Below are positions 37,623 through 46,956 of a DNA stretch of 64,000 nt, piece after piece. Under the pieces are notes generated by a model. It worked only from the letters and a program-made list of their open reading frames with translations, did no database searches and had not been told where the DNA came from. This DNA comes from Candidatus Moraniibacteriota bacterium (GTDB lineage: Bacteria > Patescibacteriota > Minisyncoccia > Moranbacterales > UBA1568): positions 65,222-129,221 of the forward strand of contig CP064994.1 of NCBI GenBank assembly GCA_016699975.1, given 5' to 3'. Within the stretch, counting starts at the first letter, position 1; the number at the start of each line of letters is the position of its first letter. Made by a program: the position numbers and the translations under genes.

Positions 37623-40315
37623 ACTTGATATTTATTTTTCGAACCTTCAAATATCTCTCCCAATGAGAACGAAAATGCCACTCCCGTAATCAAGAGAATC
37701 ATCCCCAAAGAAAGAAAGAGGCGAACAGAGAAGAGAACAAATGGAGGTACCGAAGAAATGAGTGAGGCAAAGAATGTATTCGTCTTTTCTTTTCCAAGGT
37801 AATTATTACCATCCACAAGCCGAACTTGAATCTCTTTCGAAAAACGAGTGGTCTCTGAACTGAAAGGTGAGATTCTCCAGATATCAAAGAGCGCTTTCCT
37901 CAGTTCTCGCGGTTGATTATAGCTTCCTGAAAGTGTCACTGTATAAATATCCCCAGGAATACCGTTGAGGGCGAGCGAGAGTCCAGAATCGTTCCATTTA
38001 AACGGCTTTCCATTGATAGACCATATCATTTCATTTTGAGTATCTCCATTTTTTATACCATTCACGATAAAAGAGCCGAGTGTTTCTGGACGAAAAAGTG
38101 CCGAAAGTTTCGCTTCCCCGCCAGGAATTCCATCAAAGGAAGTTTTACTGAGGTCGGTCACTTCGGATCCGTCGAGATTCACGTATTTTCCGAGATATTT
38201 CGGCCACGCTATTTCGTCGTCTTCAGAAATAATATCGAAATCGGGCTCGACAATTTGAAATCGCCGAGAAACGGTGAATGATTTTCCAGTTTGCGCATTA
38301 CTCGCCGAAGCAGAAACAATATACACATCTCCTACTTTTCCGGAAACCGGGAAAAAATTGACTGGCCCTTGTTTTCCATCAACACACTCTCCCGAAACTT
38401 GACTCGTGCACACGAGAGCTTCTCCGTTTAAAGTCCAACTGAAATCCCGCATATCGCTGCCAGCATCATCAAGCGAAACGCCAACAATTTGTTGGTTTAG
38501 TACGGGACAAATCGTTTGCTGGAACATATTTTCGGCACAGAAAGAGGTTCCGTTTCGTCGAACGCTGACGAGTCCGGTGGAGGCATTCACTACGGCATCC
38601 ACATCGGAAACGTCAATCGACTTATTGGCCACTACCTTGACAACCAAAGAAGCAGTTCCACTCTGGCTCGCTTTTCCATTAAAGCTTTCGGTGGCATTTA
38701 CCGTAATACGAAGGTAAGCGATGTCATCCCGCAAATACTCTCCGAAACCAGGAATAATAGTGCCCGTCTTCGGATCTCGAAAATCGCTTTCGTTCAAGTT
38801 AAGATTGATCGCCAAATCGGTAAGGCCATTCCCTTGCGCCAACCCGATGTTTCGAGCGGTTTGGAGATCCCTGGTAATATCGACCCACACATTCTCTTCA
38901 TTGAATCGCGTATTGAAAGTTCCATCTTTGCTTGCCTGAACACGCCACACATAATTCGTAAATGAGGAGCCTCGGCGAGCATTCGACGATGACGCTCGTG
39001 CCGTGACAAGGTCACCTGTTTGAGCGAGAGACGATGCGGAAGCTCCGCTTTCCGCCCACGGGATAAGTTTTGCGGAGGGCTCTTCGGGAGTCGCAGAGAG
39101 TGAAACTTCGAGATTCTCTGCTTGTCCTCCTTCAGTTGGATCGACAAGATTTTTCTCAAGACAATCATTCAAACTGAAACCATTCGTTTTTCCCCGTACC
39201 GTTTTTATGGAAACATCGTATCCTTTCACCGTCACGGTTTTTGAGCCTTTCATCTCTTCCGGAATCTGGCAGTTATTTTTCGGCAGCGCCCACATGATCA
39301 TTTTACTGGAGTCGTCGTACTTGGTGGTGTACATCGAAGTACCCTCGACTATTACGCCCACCATATCTTCCGGCGCATACGACCATCGAAAAACATCTTG
39401 TCCAAGCCCTGCCAAGTTCGCTTCGTCTTTATTTCCATTCCGCGCGGTACTCGGATTTTCTGGATCCGTTCTCCAAAAACGCTCTTCTTCTATGGGAAAT
39501 TTCGAAGGACCGTCGTCATTATCACCTATAGGACCCGCTTCTCGCACTTCACCGTTATCGGTAATTCGGTACATCTGAGGAAACAGGTGTTCACAGTATG
39601 AAGTTTCCCCACTGTTAATCTCGTAATTGTGCCCGTCGACAAAGTCATGTACATAACAATAGTAATTTTTGTCTGATTTCGAATCACCGCCAAACGTGGC
39701 GCGATATCCGTCTTCGTCGCGATCGCCCCCCTTAGTTCCCGTTGGACTAATACGACTCGGCGCACTTGAGCGATACATGTTTCTTGCGCAGTTTTCCCGC
39801 TCTTCATCGGAAAGATTTCCATCGAGCGAGCAGGTAGCGTCAAAGTTTCCCGCAGCGATAAGTTGCATCGCTTCTATCTTCCAGTCTTCAACAGTAATTT
39901 TATCATCGTCATTCCTATCGCAGCGTTCGCGCTTTTCTCGGTTGGGTTCATTGTCGAGATCACATCCTTTCCGGCGAATAAACCACGTGTAATAAAGTGT
40001 TTCTTTCGAGCCATCGAAAAATTCCGGAAAAGCGCGTGCCTCAACCGACGTGCCTGGTTTTGGATCGGAAGGACTGAAATACAAAAGCACCTGCGGCGCC
40101 TGGCCCTTCTGAGAAGAAACATTGAAGTTTTCTCCTTGATTCTGAAGGCTTTCCTTATCGAGATGATATCGTTTCTCAAAAGCCTCAAACATGCTGGATG
40201 AGGAGCTACTCACGCTCGGCATGTTGGTCACAAAAACATTCGTAAGCTGCGCGGAAGCAGCCGAGGGAAGAACGAGAAAAAAAATGGTCAGCAATCGAAG
40301 AAAGAACAATCGCAT
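37619..40315 (-). CDS. very large secreted surface protein (898 aa) with C-terminal TM anchor
   Basis: Has a signal peptide (LVLPSAASAQ), a mostly beta-rich extracellular body and a C-terminal hydrophobic anchor. It overlaps the downstream gene by 4 nt. Confidence 0.6.
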   Translation of the reverse strand: MRLFFLRLLTIFFLVLPSAASAQLTNVFVTNMPSVSSSSSSMFEAFEKRYHLDKESLQNQGENFNVSSQKGQAPQVLLYFSPSDPKPGTSVEARAFPEFFDGSKETLYYTWFIRRKGCDLDNEPNREKRERCDRNDDDKITVEDWKIEAMQLIAAGNFDATCSLDGNLSDEERENCARNMYRSSAPSRISPTGTKGGDRDEDGYRATFGGDSKSDKNYYCYVHDFVDGHNYEINSGETSYCEHLFPQMYRITDNGEVREAGPIGDNDDGPSKFPIEEERFWRTDPENPSTARNGNKDEANLAGLGQDVFRWSYAPEDMVGVIVEGTSMYTTKYDDSSKMIMWALPKNNCQIPEEMKGSKTVTVKGYDVSIKTVRGKTNGFSLNDCLEKNLVDPTEGGQAENLEVSLSATPEEPSAKLIPWAESGASASSLAQTGDLVTARASSSNARRGSSFTNYVWRVQASKDGTFNTRFNEENVWVDITRDLQTARNIGLAQGNGLTDLAINLNLNESDFRDPKTGTIIPGFGEYLRDDIAYLRITVNATESFNGKASQSGTASLVVKVVANKSIDVSDVDAVVNASTGLVSVRRNGTSFCAENMFQQTICPVLNQQIVGVSLDDAGSDMRDFSWTLNGEALVCTSQVSGECVDGKQGPVNFFPVSGKVGDVYIVSASASNAQTGKSFTVSRRFQIVEPDFDIISEDDEIAWPKYLGKYVNLDGSEVTDLSKTSFDGIPGGEAKLSALFRPETLGSFIVNGIKNGDTQNEMIWSINGKPFKWNDSGLSLALNGIPGDIYTVTLSGSYNQPRELRKALFDIWRISPFSSETTRFSKEIQVRLVDGNNYLGKEKTNTFFASLISSVPPFVLFSVRLFLSLGMILLITGVAFSFSLGEIFEGSKNKYQV

Positions 40316-40330
40316 ACAAAAAGATTGATT

Positions 40331-41074
40331 TTATGAAATCATCATGGCGAGTACCGAAAGTAGTATAGCAGAAAAAAATGAAAAGCAGAACGAGAGAAAT
40401 ACTGATTCAGTTATAAAAACAATGCTCGCAGAGAGACTCGACCACAAGAAAGTTATGAGGAGCGAAAAATTTCCGCCGCTTCCCGAAAGAGTTCGATGTT
40501 CAAAAAATCCCACAACGAGTATTAACAAAGCATGAGCAAGAAGCGCCCATGTTCCGAACTTTCTTTTCCAGGTAAGCAGGAAGAAGCCGCGAAAAAAGAA
40601 TTCTTTGAGAAACAAAAACCAGGTAAGAAAAAGTGTGGTAACGAGAAAAGCCGAGAAGCTGCGTTGCCATTCGATATTCTTTGGATTCGCAACAAGCGCC
40701 TTTCCGGCTTCGGTCCACGAAAAAAGAATGAAGCAAACAGAAACAAAGAAAGCAAGGTGCGCGCACAAGAGAAATATATTCACGACCCATCCTCTTTTCC
40801 CCCACGAGAGCCCGAAGTCCAAGAGAGATTCTTTGGCGATAAGGCGTAAGAAGAGAACAGGGAGAAGAAAAAGTGCCGAGAAGGAAACGAGCAATTTCTG
40901 AGCGGCACTCTCTTGAGGAAACAAGAGAAGAAGCAGAACGCCCGAAGCGACGATTCCTTGCGAGGCGAGAAATGCTCGGTCGAAAATTCTTCGGGAAAAT
41001 TTGGGAGTCGGTTTCATGGGAACGATTCCGGGAGACCCGGCACAAAAAGCGACAGGTATTACTCTCTTTTTCAC
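40331..41074 (-). CDS. CPBP/CAAX-type intramembrane protease family protein (putative)
   Basis: Six TM helices with the motif EFFFRGFF (ExxxR plus FRG) and conserved His residues (LAHAL, FEH). Confidence 0.5.
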   Translation of the reverse strand: MKKRVIPVAFCAGSPGIVPMKPTPKFSRRIFDRAFLASQGIVASGVLLLLLFPQESAAQKLLVSFSALFLLPVLFLRLIAKESLLDFGLSWGKRGWVVNIFLLCAHLAFFVSVCFILFSWTEAGKALVANPKNIEWQRSFSAFLVTTLFLTWFLFLKEFFFRGFFLLTWKRKFGTWALLAHALLILVVGFFEHRTLSGSGGNFSLLITFLWSSLSASIVFITESVFLSFCFSFFSAILLSVLAMMIS

Positions 41075-41082
41075 TGAAATCG

Positions 41083-42033
41083 CTATGCAGCCTCATTCAC
41101 CTTCCATGTCTCTTGCGCTTGATTCGAAACACGAGATTTATCCGCATTCCTCCGCTCTTTCCAAGCGACTTGGGCCAGAAGGGTGAGATTTTTTTGCATA
41201 CGCTTCCGGTCAAACCTCTTTTCATTTCGGGCGCGGACAAACTTTTTATCGAAATTGTGGATCGCGAGAACCGCAAGGATGGTGAAAGGAAGCAAATTGA
41301 AGGGAAATGTGAGACCCTCAACTGGAATAAGCCCGAGCAGGATAAGCGCATCGATGATCGCAAGCCGCATATTTCCGGCAATTCGGTATCTCTTTTTTGG
41401 AAAAAAGAGGAGGAGAAAGAGAAGAAGAGTAACACAGATGCTGATGAGTGTTCCAATGCCGGGAATCGCAAGGACCATCGTGTAGTCCATAATATCCTTA
41501 AACGTAGCCACCAAAAGAAGGGGCGCGTATGAAGAAAGACGTACGCGCTCTTCTTTGTTTGGGAGGTGAAGAGATGAGGAATCATCCTCTCCTGCAGCCT
41601 CTTCTTCTTCAGCTGCACGCTCAAGAAGACGATTTTGTCTTTCCGCTTCGAGCATGGCCGCATGTTCACGCCGTTCCCACTCTTTTTCCTCCAAAATCCT
41701 TGCTTCTTCGTCGTCTTCTGGCTCCGCCTTTTGTGGCGGAGCAGAACGAGGAACAAGAGGGGTTGGCGGAACAGTACTCGTTCCTTCAACGGGCGTCCGA
41801 GACTGAGATAAGAGAGATCGAGCTCCATTTGAATAAGGAGGGACTTGCGTATCCATCAAAGCGCGTTTTTTGTCAGGATCAATACTCGCGCTCGGCGACT
41901 GCAAAGGAGAAAGAGGGTTTTTCTTCTCAGGCGAAATTTGGAGGAGAGGAGGAGATGTGCGACTCCGTGAAGGAAGCTCTCTTCCCTCAATTTGCCTCCC
42001 TTCCTCACGAATTTTTGCAGACAAAAGCGCCAT
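41083..42033 (-). CDS. membrane protein with disordered Pro/Glu-rich N-terminus (hypothetical, T4SS cluster)
   Basis: The ORF sits immediately upstream of VirB4. The C-terminal half has three to four TM helices. Confidence 0.45.
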   Translation of the reverse strand: MALLSAKIREEGRQIEGRELPSRSRTSPPLLQISPEKKNPLSPLQSPSASIDPDKKRALMDTQVPPYSNGARSLLSQSRTPVEGTSTVPPTPLVPRSAPPQKAEPEDDEEARILEEKEWERREHAAMLEAERQNRLLERAAEEEEAAGEDDSSSLHLPNKEERVRLSSYAPLLLVATFKDIMDYTMVLAIPGIGTLISICVTLLLFLLLFFPKKRYRIAGNMRLAIIDALILLGLIPVEGLTFPFNLLPFTILAVLAIHNFDKKFVRARNEKRFDRKRMQKNLTLLAQVAWKERRNADKSRVSNQAQETWKVNEAA

Positions 42034-42214
42034 ATCGTTTCAAAGAAACTTTCTTCAGAAACTCATTGTGAGCAGCGAATGTTTTTCAGAATTTTCCCCA
42101 GAAACAGAGTGTTCTTTCTCATTCCTTCTGATCGGAAGCAATCTTCTAACCCACAAATAAAGCGTTGATGGAAGCAAGAAAGATGCAAAGCTCTCTCAAA
42201 ACAAAAACATGCGC

Positions 42215-44033
42215 TTACCCGTTCATTTCATCGAATTCCCGCTTCGCTGCTTCGATTTCGGCGAGCTGTTCGGGGTTTGATGTGATAATTTGGTCTTCGC
42301 TGTAGGAAGCAACCACCTTGATCGCGACGTGTTTCGATCCGGCAAAAAATATTCCTTCTCCTACCGCACTTTCGAGCAACAGGAATTTTTCGTGATCCGT
42401 GAGATAAAAAGGTTTCCGAAACGACATCGATGGAAGCGGGTGATTGGCGAAGGAGCAGTTGAAGCGAGGAGTTGGTAACAATGGGTTTTCCGTAACGAGA
42501 ACTCATGAAGTCGCTGATGTCTTGTGTGATAGTCGTAAGTCCTGCAAAGTATTTTCGCGCACGTTTTGCGATACCGAAGAGGAAACTTGCCGCATCGTCA
42601 TTTTGCATCATGATCCACGCCTCGTCGACCACGATCAGTCTCCGGCGAAGCTCCGAACGCATTTCATTCCACACATAGTGAAGAATGAGGTACATCGCTA
42701 CCGGCCGCAATTCTTCTTCGAGGTCTCGAATGTTAAACACCACAAATTGATTATTCATGGTGATATTGCTCGCGTGGTTTAAGAATCCGGAAAATATTCC
42801 TTTCGTATATTTCTCGAGTCGAGCCGAAAGCGACTCGGTTCCTTCCATGTTACGGAGCACTTCATAGAGATCTCCTATGGTGGGGAAGCTCGAAGGGGTG
42901 AGCGTTGAAAGATCAGTTTTTCCCGTGATATCCCGAACGGCATATGTCTCACGAAGAGCCTGATCAAGAATCGAGTCTTCCTCGGGCGTCACGCTTCCGA
43001 GCATCAAATGGAGAAGACCAATCAAGGTAGCAATATTGCTCCGCAGAAGCCCTTCAAAATCCTCTTCTTCATCGCGCTTTTTGGGAAGATCAAACGGATT
43101 GATATGAAAGGGCGAATTGAGACTCATCTGAATAAATGACCCATCAACGGACTCCGCAAGATGCTTGTACTCATTCTCCGGATCAATCACGATCACATTG
43201 GTATCGAACATCATGGAGCGCAGGATTTCAAGTTTGACAAAGTAGCTTTTTCCTGCGCCTGACTTCGCAAAGATGACCATGTTCGCGTTTTCCAATTTAA
43301 ACCGGTCAAAGAGAATGAGACTGTTATTGTGTCGATTAATTCCATAGAGAATACCGTCATTCGAAGAGAGGTCAGCGGAAACAAAGGGAAAGGTAGTCGA
43401 AAGCGGCGCAGTATTGAGGTTGTTTGCCACATCGAGTTCGTCCATGCCAACAGGGCGCGTCGCAGTAAAACCCTGTTGCATCCGCATGACCGCAGGTTTG
43501 ATATAGACAAGTTGAGATTCGAGAAATGCCTCAACGGAACGACTCATGCGATTGAGCTCCTCGACAGAAGAAGCGTAGAGCGAAATGTAAACGCCAAAAC
43601 GAAAGAACTTTTCCGTTCCCTGCTGAAGTTTGTCGCGAAGTTCTTCAATATCGTGAAGCGCGGTTTCAAGAATGGGACTGCGTATCTTCCCCGCTTCCGC
43701 CTCGATTTGAATTGAAGACTCAACCCGAGTCGCCGATTTGAGGAGGTTTCGCAAAATGTCCCGCGTATCGACGGGGTGCACGAACATCGAAACATCCATC
43801 GGAAAATCAAGGTTAATAATCGGAGAAAACCAGTTCGTGTTCAAAAATCGCGGATAGGCGATAATAAAATGCGTGCGTACCAAAGTTTCTCCCGCCTGCA
43901 ACGAATTAGCACTAATTTTAATCGCCGACGGCGCGATAAGATCGCGAATGCGGGCCACTCCCTTTTGGTAGAGCGCCTCACTTTGCAAAATTTCGTTTTG
44001 TTCTCCGTTTGGATTGAGAAAAGGAACGCGCAT
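42215..44033 (-). CDS. virB4: VirB4/TrbE/CagE-family T4SS ATPase (frame broken by 1-nt insertion in A/T run near 42405-42412)
   Basis: Walker A (FAKSGAGKSYF) and Walker B (RLIVVDEAW) are present. The C-terminal 88 aa (YLTDHEKFLLLESAVGEGIFFAGSKHVAIKVVAS) read in another frame, and removing one T restores ...VSETFYLTDHEK. Confidence 0.85.
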
Positions 44034-44261
44034 AAAAAACGTTTTCGTTTTCTTGGCAAAGGTTCATCTCTCCTATTTTCGCACAATGAAAGAAAAGAGG
44101 GAACCGTCGAGGACTTCGTTCAGGAAGAAGGGATAGAGACACAGCACTGTTTCCAAGAGAAGCAGTCGAAGAATGCTTCTCCTTAAGCAAGGAATTCCGC
44201 AAGGTTTCCTTCTGTGCAAAGAAAACGAAGCCTTCTTTCCTGCTCTGCTTCTGTAAGCCCC

Positions 44262-44960
44262 TTACCGCTCCACCTCAACATCGATCGCTTCAATATTTTT
44301 CGTAAGACGCGTAGTGAAAAGCGAAGGATTGTAAGAGTTATACAAAAGCTCGATAATTTCTTCCGTATTGAGGGGCGCTACTTTGAGACCCGTTTGGGAG
44401 AGTCCGAAACTCACATGATCGACACGCTGCCACAACTGATTTTTGTAGGTCTCAAAAAATTCACGTCGTTCCGAAACAGCACCCGCCGGATTAAACAGCG
44501 TAGTAAGTCCTCGGAATAGCCCTTTCTCTTTGTCTTCAACCGGAGAAAACGGCACAACGACATAAAAGAGCTTTGACATAATATTTGATACTTCCGAAAG
44601 ACTTTTGATAAAAGTTTGGTACTCCGAGATCTGCATCCGTAAAAGATCATTTCGCTGCTGATTCTCTTTGTCTTTCAGAAGTTCGATGTAGGGACGGATA
44701 TCAAATCGGCGCGAGGAAATGACCATCTGTATAGGAAAATCGAGAGAATTGAGAAAATTTTGGTACTGAAAAATAATAGCGTCTTGTTCCTCCGCAGATT
44801 TGAGATCAAAGTTGAGCGAAGAAACAAGGAGAATGGACCGCAGTGAACCGTTTTTGAGGACAATCACGCCATCACGTATTTCATTCACGTCGACATATCG
44901 CTGCGTGCTCGACGAAGCGTCCTCGGAAACAGGTTTTCGTGAGGGAGCGAGGGATTCCAT
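44262..44960 (-). CDS. VirB4 N-terminal-domain-like protein (possible detached or frameshifted N-terminus of VirB4)
   Basis: DGVIVLKNGSLRSILLVSSLNFDLKSAEEQDAIIFQYQNFLNSLDFPIQMV matches the N-terminal region of Gram-positive-type VirB4 (PrgJ/TrsE/ConE). The 228-nt gap to the VirB4 ORF is open in a third frame. Confidence 0.5.
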   Translation of the reverse strand: MESLAPSRKPVSEDASSSTQRYVDVNEIRDGVIVLKNGSLRSILLVSSLNFDLKSAEEQDAIIFQYQNFLNSLDFPIQMVISSRRFDIRPYIELLKDKENQQRNDLLRMQISEYQTFIKSLSEVSNIMSKLFYVVVPFSPVEDKEKGLFRGLTTLFNPAGAVSERREFFETYKNQLWQRVDHVSFGLSQTGLKVAPLNTEEIIELLYNSYNPSLFTTRLTKNIEAIDVEVER

Positions 44961-44986
44961 ATGACAAGAGAATAAACAAACTCCTT

Positions 44987-45409
44987 TTATTTGCGATCGA
45001 CCAATCGCGCGAGATCACGGATATCGCGTACCGAGAGCGGCTGAGGCGATTCTTGGGTCACTTTTTTCTCCACCGTTTTCGGCGCCTCCTTCGTCGTCAT
45101 ACCAGGTCGATCCCATGTATAGACTTTCGGTCGAAAGAGATACATCGACGCGTGAATCGTAAACGAAAGAAGGGATTGATTATATGGCCGATAAAAGGCA
45201 AAGAGAGAAAAGAGCAGGATCACCGGGACAGACAGCACGAAAAAAGTCGCCGTATCGAAAAAACTCCACAAAATAAAGAGAACCGCTCCCATGCCGACGA
45301 GCCATGCGATCTGTTTCGCTGTGAGGGGACCAGCTACCTTATCCTCGACATCGATAAATTGGGGGACATTGAAGAGCATACGCTTTCTTGGAAACTCAAA
45401 AAAAGACAC
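44987..45409 (-). CDS. PrgI/VirB3-like small membrane protein
   Basis: FNVPQFIDVEDKVAGPLTAKQIAWLVGMGAV plus two TM helices fits the PrgI family pattern, and the gene lies upstream of VirB4. Confidence 0.55.
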   Translation of the reverse strand: MSFFEFPRKRMLFNVPQFIDVEDKVAGPLTAKQIAWLVGMGAVLFILWSFFDTATFFVLSVPVILLFSLFAFYRPYNQSLLSFTIHASMYLFRPKVYTWDRPGMTTKEAPKTVEKKVTQESPQPLSVRDIRDLARLVDRK

Positions 45410-45501
45410 GCCTCCTCATTTCTCTTTCCGTTACCACCTCAAACGAGAGGGAGAAATACGACGCATCCGATCAGAACAATACTTCCCGGAGAAGAATTGT
45501 A

Positions 45502-46944
45502 TTATACGGGTTCTTTCCCCGAAGGTCGAATGACGCTGACCACTCGAGGATCATTTGAGGAAGCCCGTTCTGCTCGCTTAGGAAGTGAAACCGAAGAAGC
45601 CATGGTACGGTTCGGTTGCGATGTCTCGGGAAGCGTCGCTTTCTCATTTGGGAGAATGTGGCTCGAACTAAAGCTTATCTTCCCCGTTGTCTCACCCCGC
45701 TTCTCACTCTCAATATTTTTTTGAGGAGAAGTTTCTAATTTCAATTCGGATTCCCGTGTCATTTTTTTGGGGGCTGAAAAAACAGGTGAAGTTATCCCCC
45801 CTTTGTTCGTCTCAGGCATTCCTGTAACCGAAAACGAGGAAGGAAAACTATAAACCGGATTTGAAATACCGGAAGATACTTTTCCTCCCAAAGAAGGATC
45901 TGGCGTTGGCATTTTCAGTTCCGAAAAATTCGATGTCTTTGAGGGAAGAGGTTGTTCGTCAGTGCGAGCCGTTCCTATTTCAGGCTTCACTTCACGTTGG
46001 GGTGCGAGAGCCCCCTTGGTACTCCACTCAAGCGCTTTCTTGATGGGTGAACTTGCCGTCGGAAAAACTTCTTTTGGCCGGAATGAAGTACCGATCACTT
46101 CAGACGACGCTCTGGGAGTAACCGATGTAGCACGAGCGTTATCAGAAGGCTTCTCTTCGAAAGCAGGAAAAACAATTTCTTGGCGCTCCTTATCAATGGT
46201 AACGGGAATATTCTCATCGAGAGACCGGAAAAGAAGCGAGAGTTTCTCCCGATCGGGAGCATTTAAGCGCTTTGTATTTTCTCCCTGAAAAAGAAACTGC
46301 CCTCGATCCATTGAAGAGTGCTTCCGAATACCAAGAACGTCTCGATAATGTCGCACCCAGTTTCGGAGCGATCCACGAACCGGTCCCGATTCGCCTTTCA
46401 CAATAATTCGATCTTCCGTAACGGTTTGCTCGGAAAGTCGCTGATATTTTGCCATCGCATCGAGAAGCGGCAGAGATTCTGTTTTTACTGTCTGATTCTC
46501 ATTTTCAATCAATTTCTTTTCTCTCTCTTCCTGTCTTCTATCCTCCAAATACCAAGATTCGAGTTCTCGTGTCTTTCTCTGTGCCTCTTCCTCGGAAAGA
46601 AGTGGCTGTGATGATTTTTTTTGCCATTGAGACAAAAGTTGAATCGAATCCGGAAAGAGGTCCGGAAACTTTTGAAGTATTTTTTTATTCAAACCACAAG
46701 CTATACCAAAAATGATTCCTTCAGGAATCCTCGGTATCTTTATGTGGAGCTCTTGCGGAAGATTCGAAGGTGGGAACGATTTGGTGAGAAGCGGTGCCAC
46801 AATCCCAATTACCTCGCCAACTTCCATTTCATTGTCAATGCCGAATTGAAAACAAATGTCCTGGCATAGAAAACGAGGCTCATCACTCCAGAAGAAAGAG
46901 TGGACTGGTTCCGGCAATTCCCGTGTTTTCCGAAAAAGAGACAT
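45502..46944 (-). CDS. hypothetical protein (480 aa) with S/P/T-rich disordered C-terminal half
   Basis: Long ORF inside the T4SS-like cluster. No recognisable domain. Confidence 0.45.
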   Translation of the reverse strand: MSLFRKTRELPEPVHSFFWSDEPRFLCQDICFQFGIDNEMEVGEVIGIVAPLLTKSFPPSNLPQELHIKIPRIPEGIIFGIACGLNKKILQKFPDLFPDSIQLLSQWQKKSSQPLLSEEEAQRKTRELESWYLEDRRQEEREKKLIENENQTVKTESLPLLDAMAKYQRLSEQTVTEDRIIVKGESGPVRGSLRNWVRHYRDVLGIRKHSSMDRGQFLFQGENTKRLNAPDREKLSLLFRSLDENIPVTIDKERQEIVFPAFEEKPSDNARATSVTPRASSEVIGTSFRPKEVFPTASSPIKKALEWSTKGALAPQREVKPEIGTARTDEQPLPSKTSNFSELKMPTPDPSLGGKVSSGISNPVYSFPSSFSVTGMPETNKGGITSPVFSAPKKMTRESELKLETSPQKNIESEKRGETTGKISFSSSHILPNEKATLPETSQPNRTMASSVSLPKRAERASSNDPRVVSVIRPSGKEPV

Positions 46945-46956
46945 GGGGGAAGAAAA

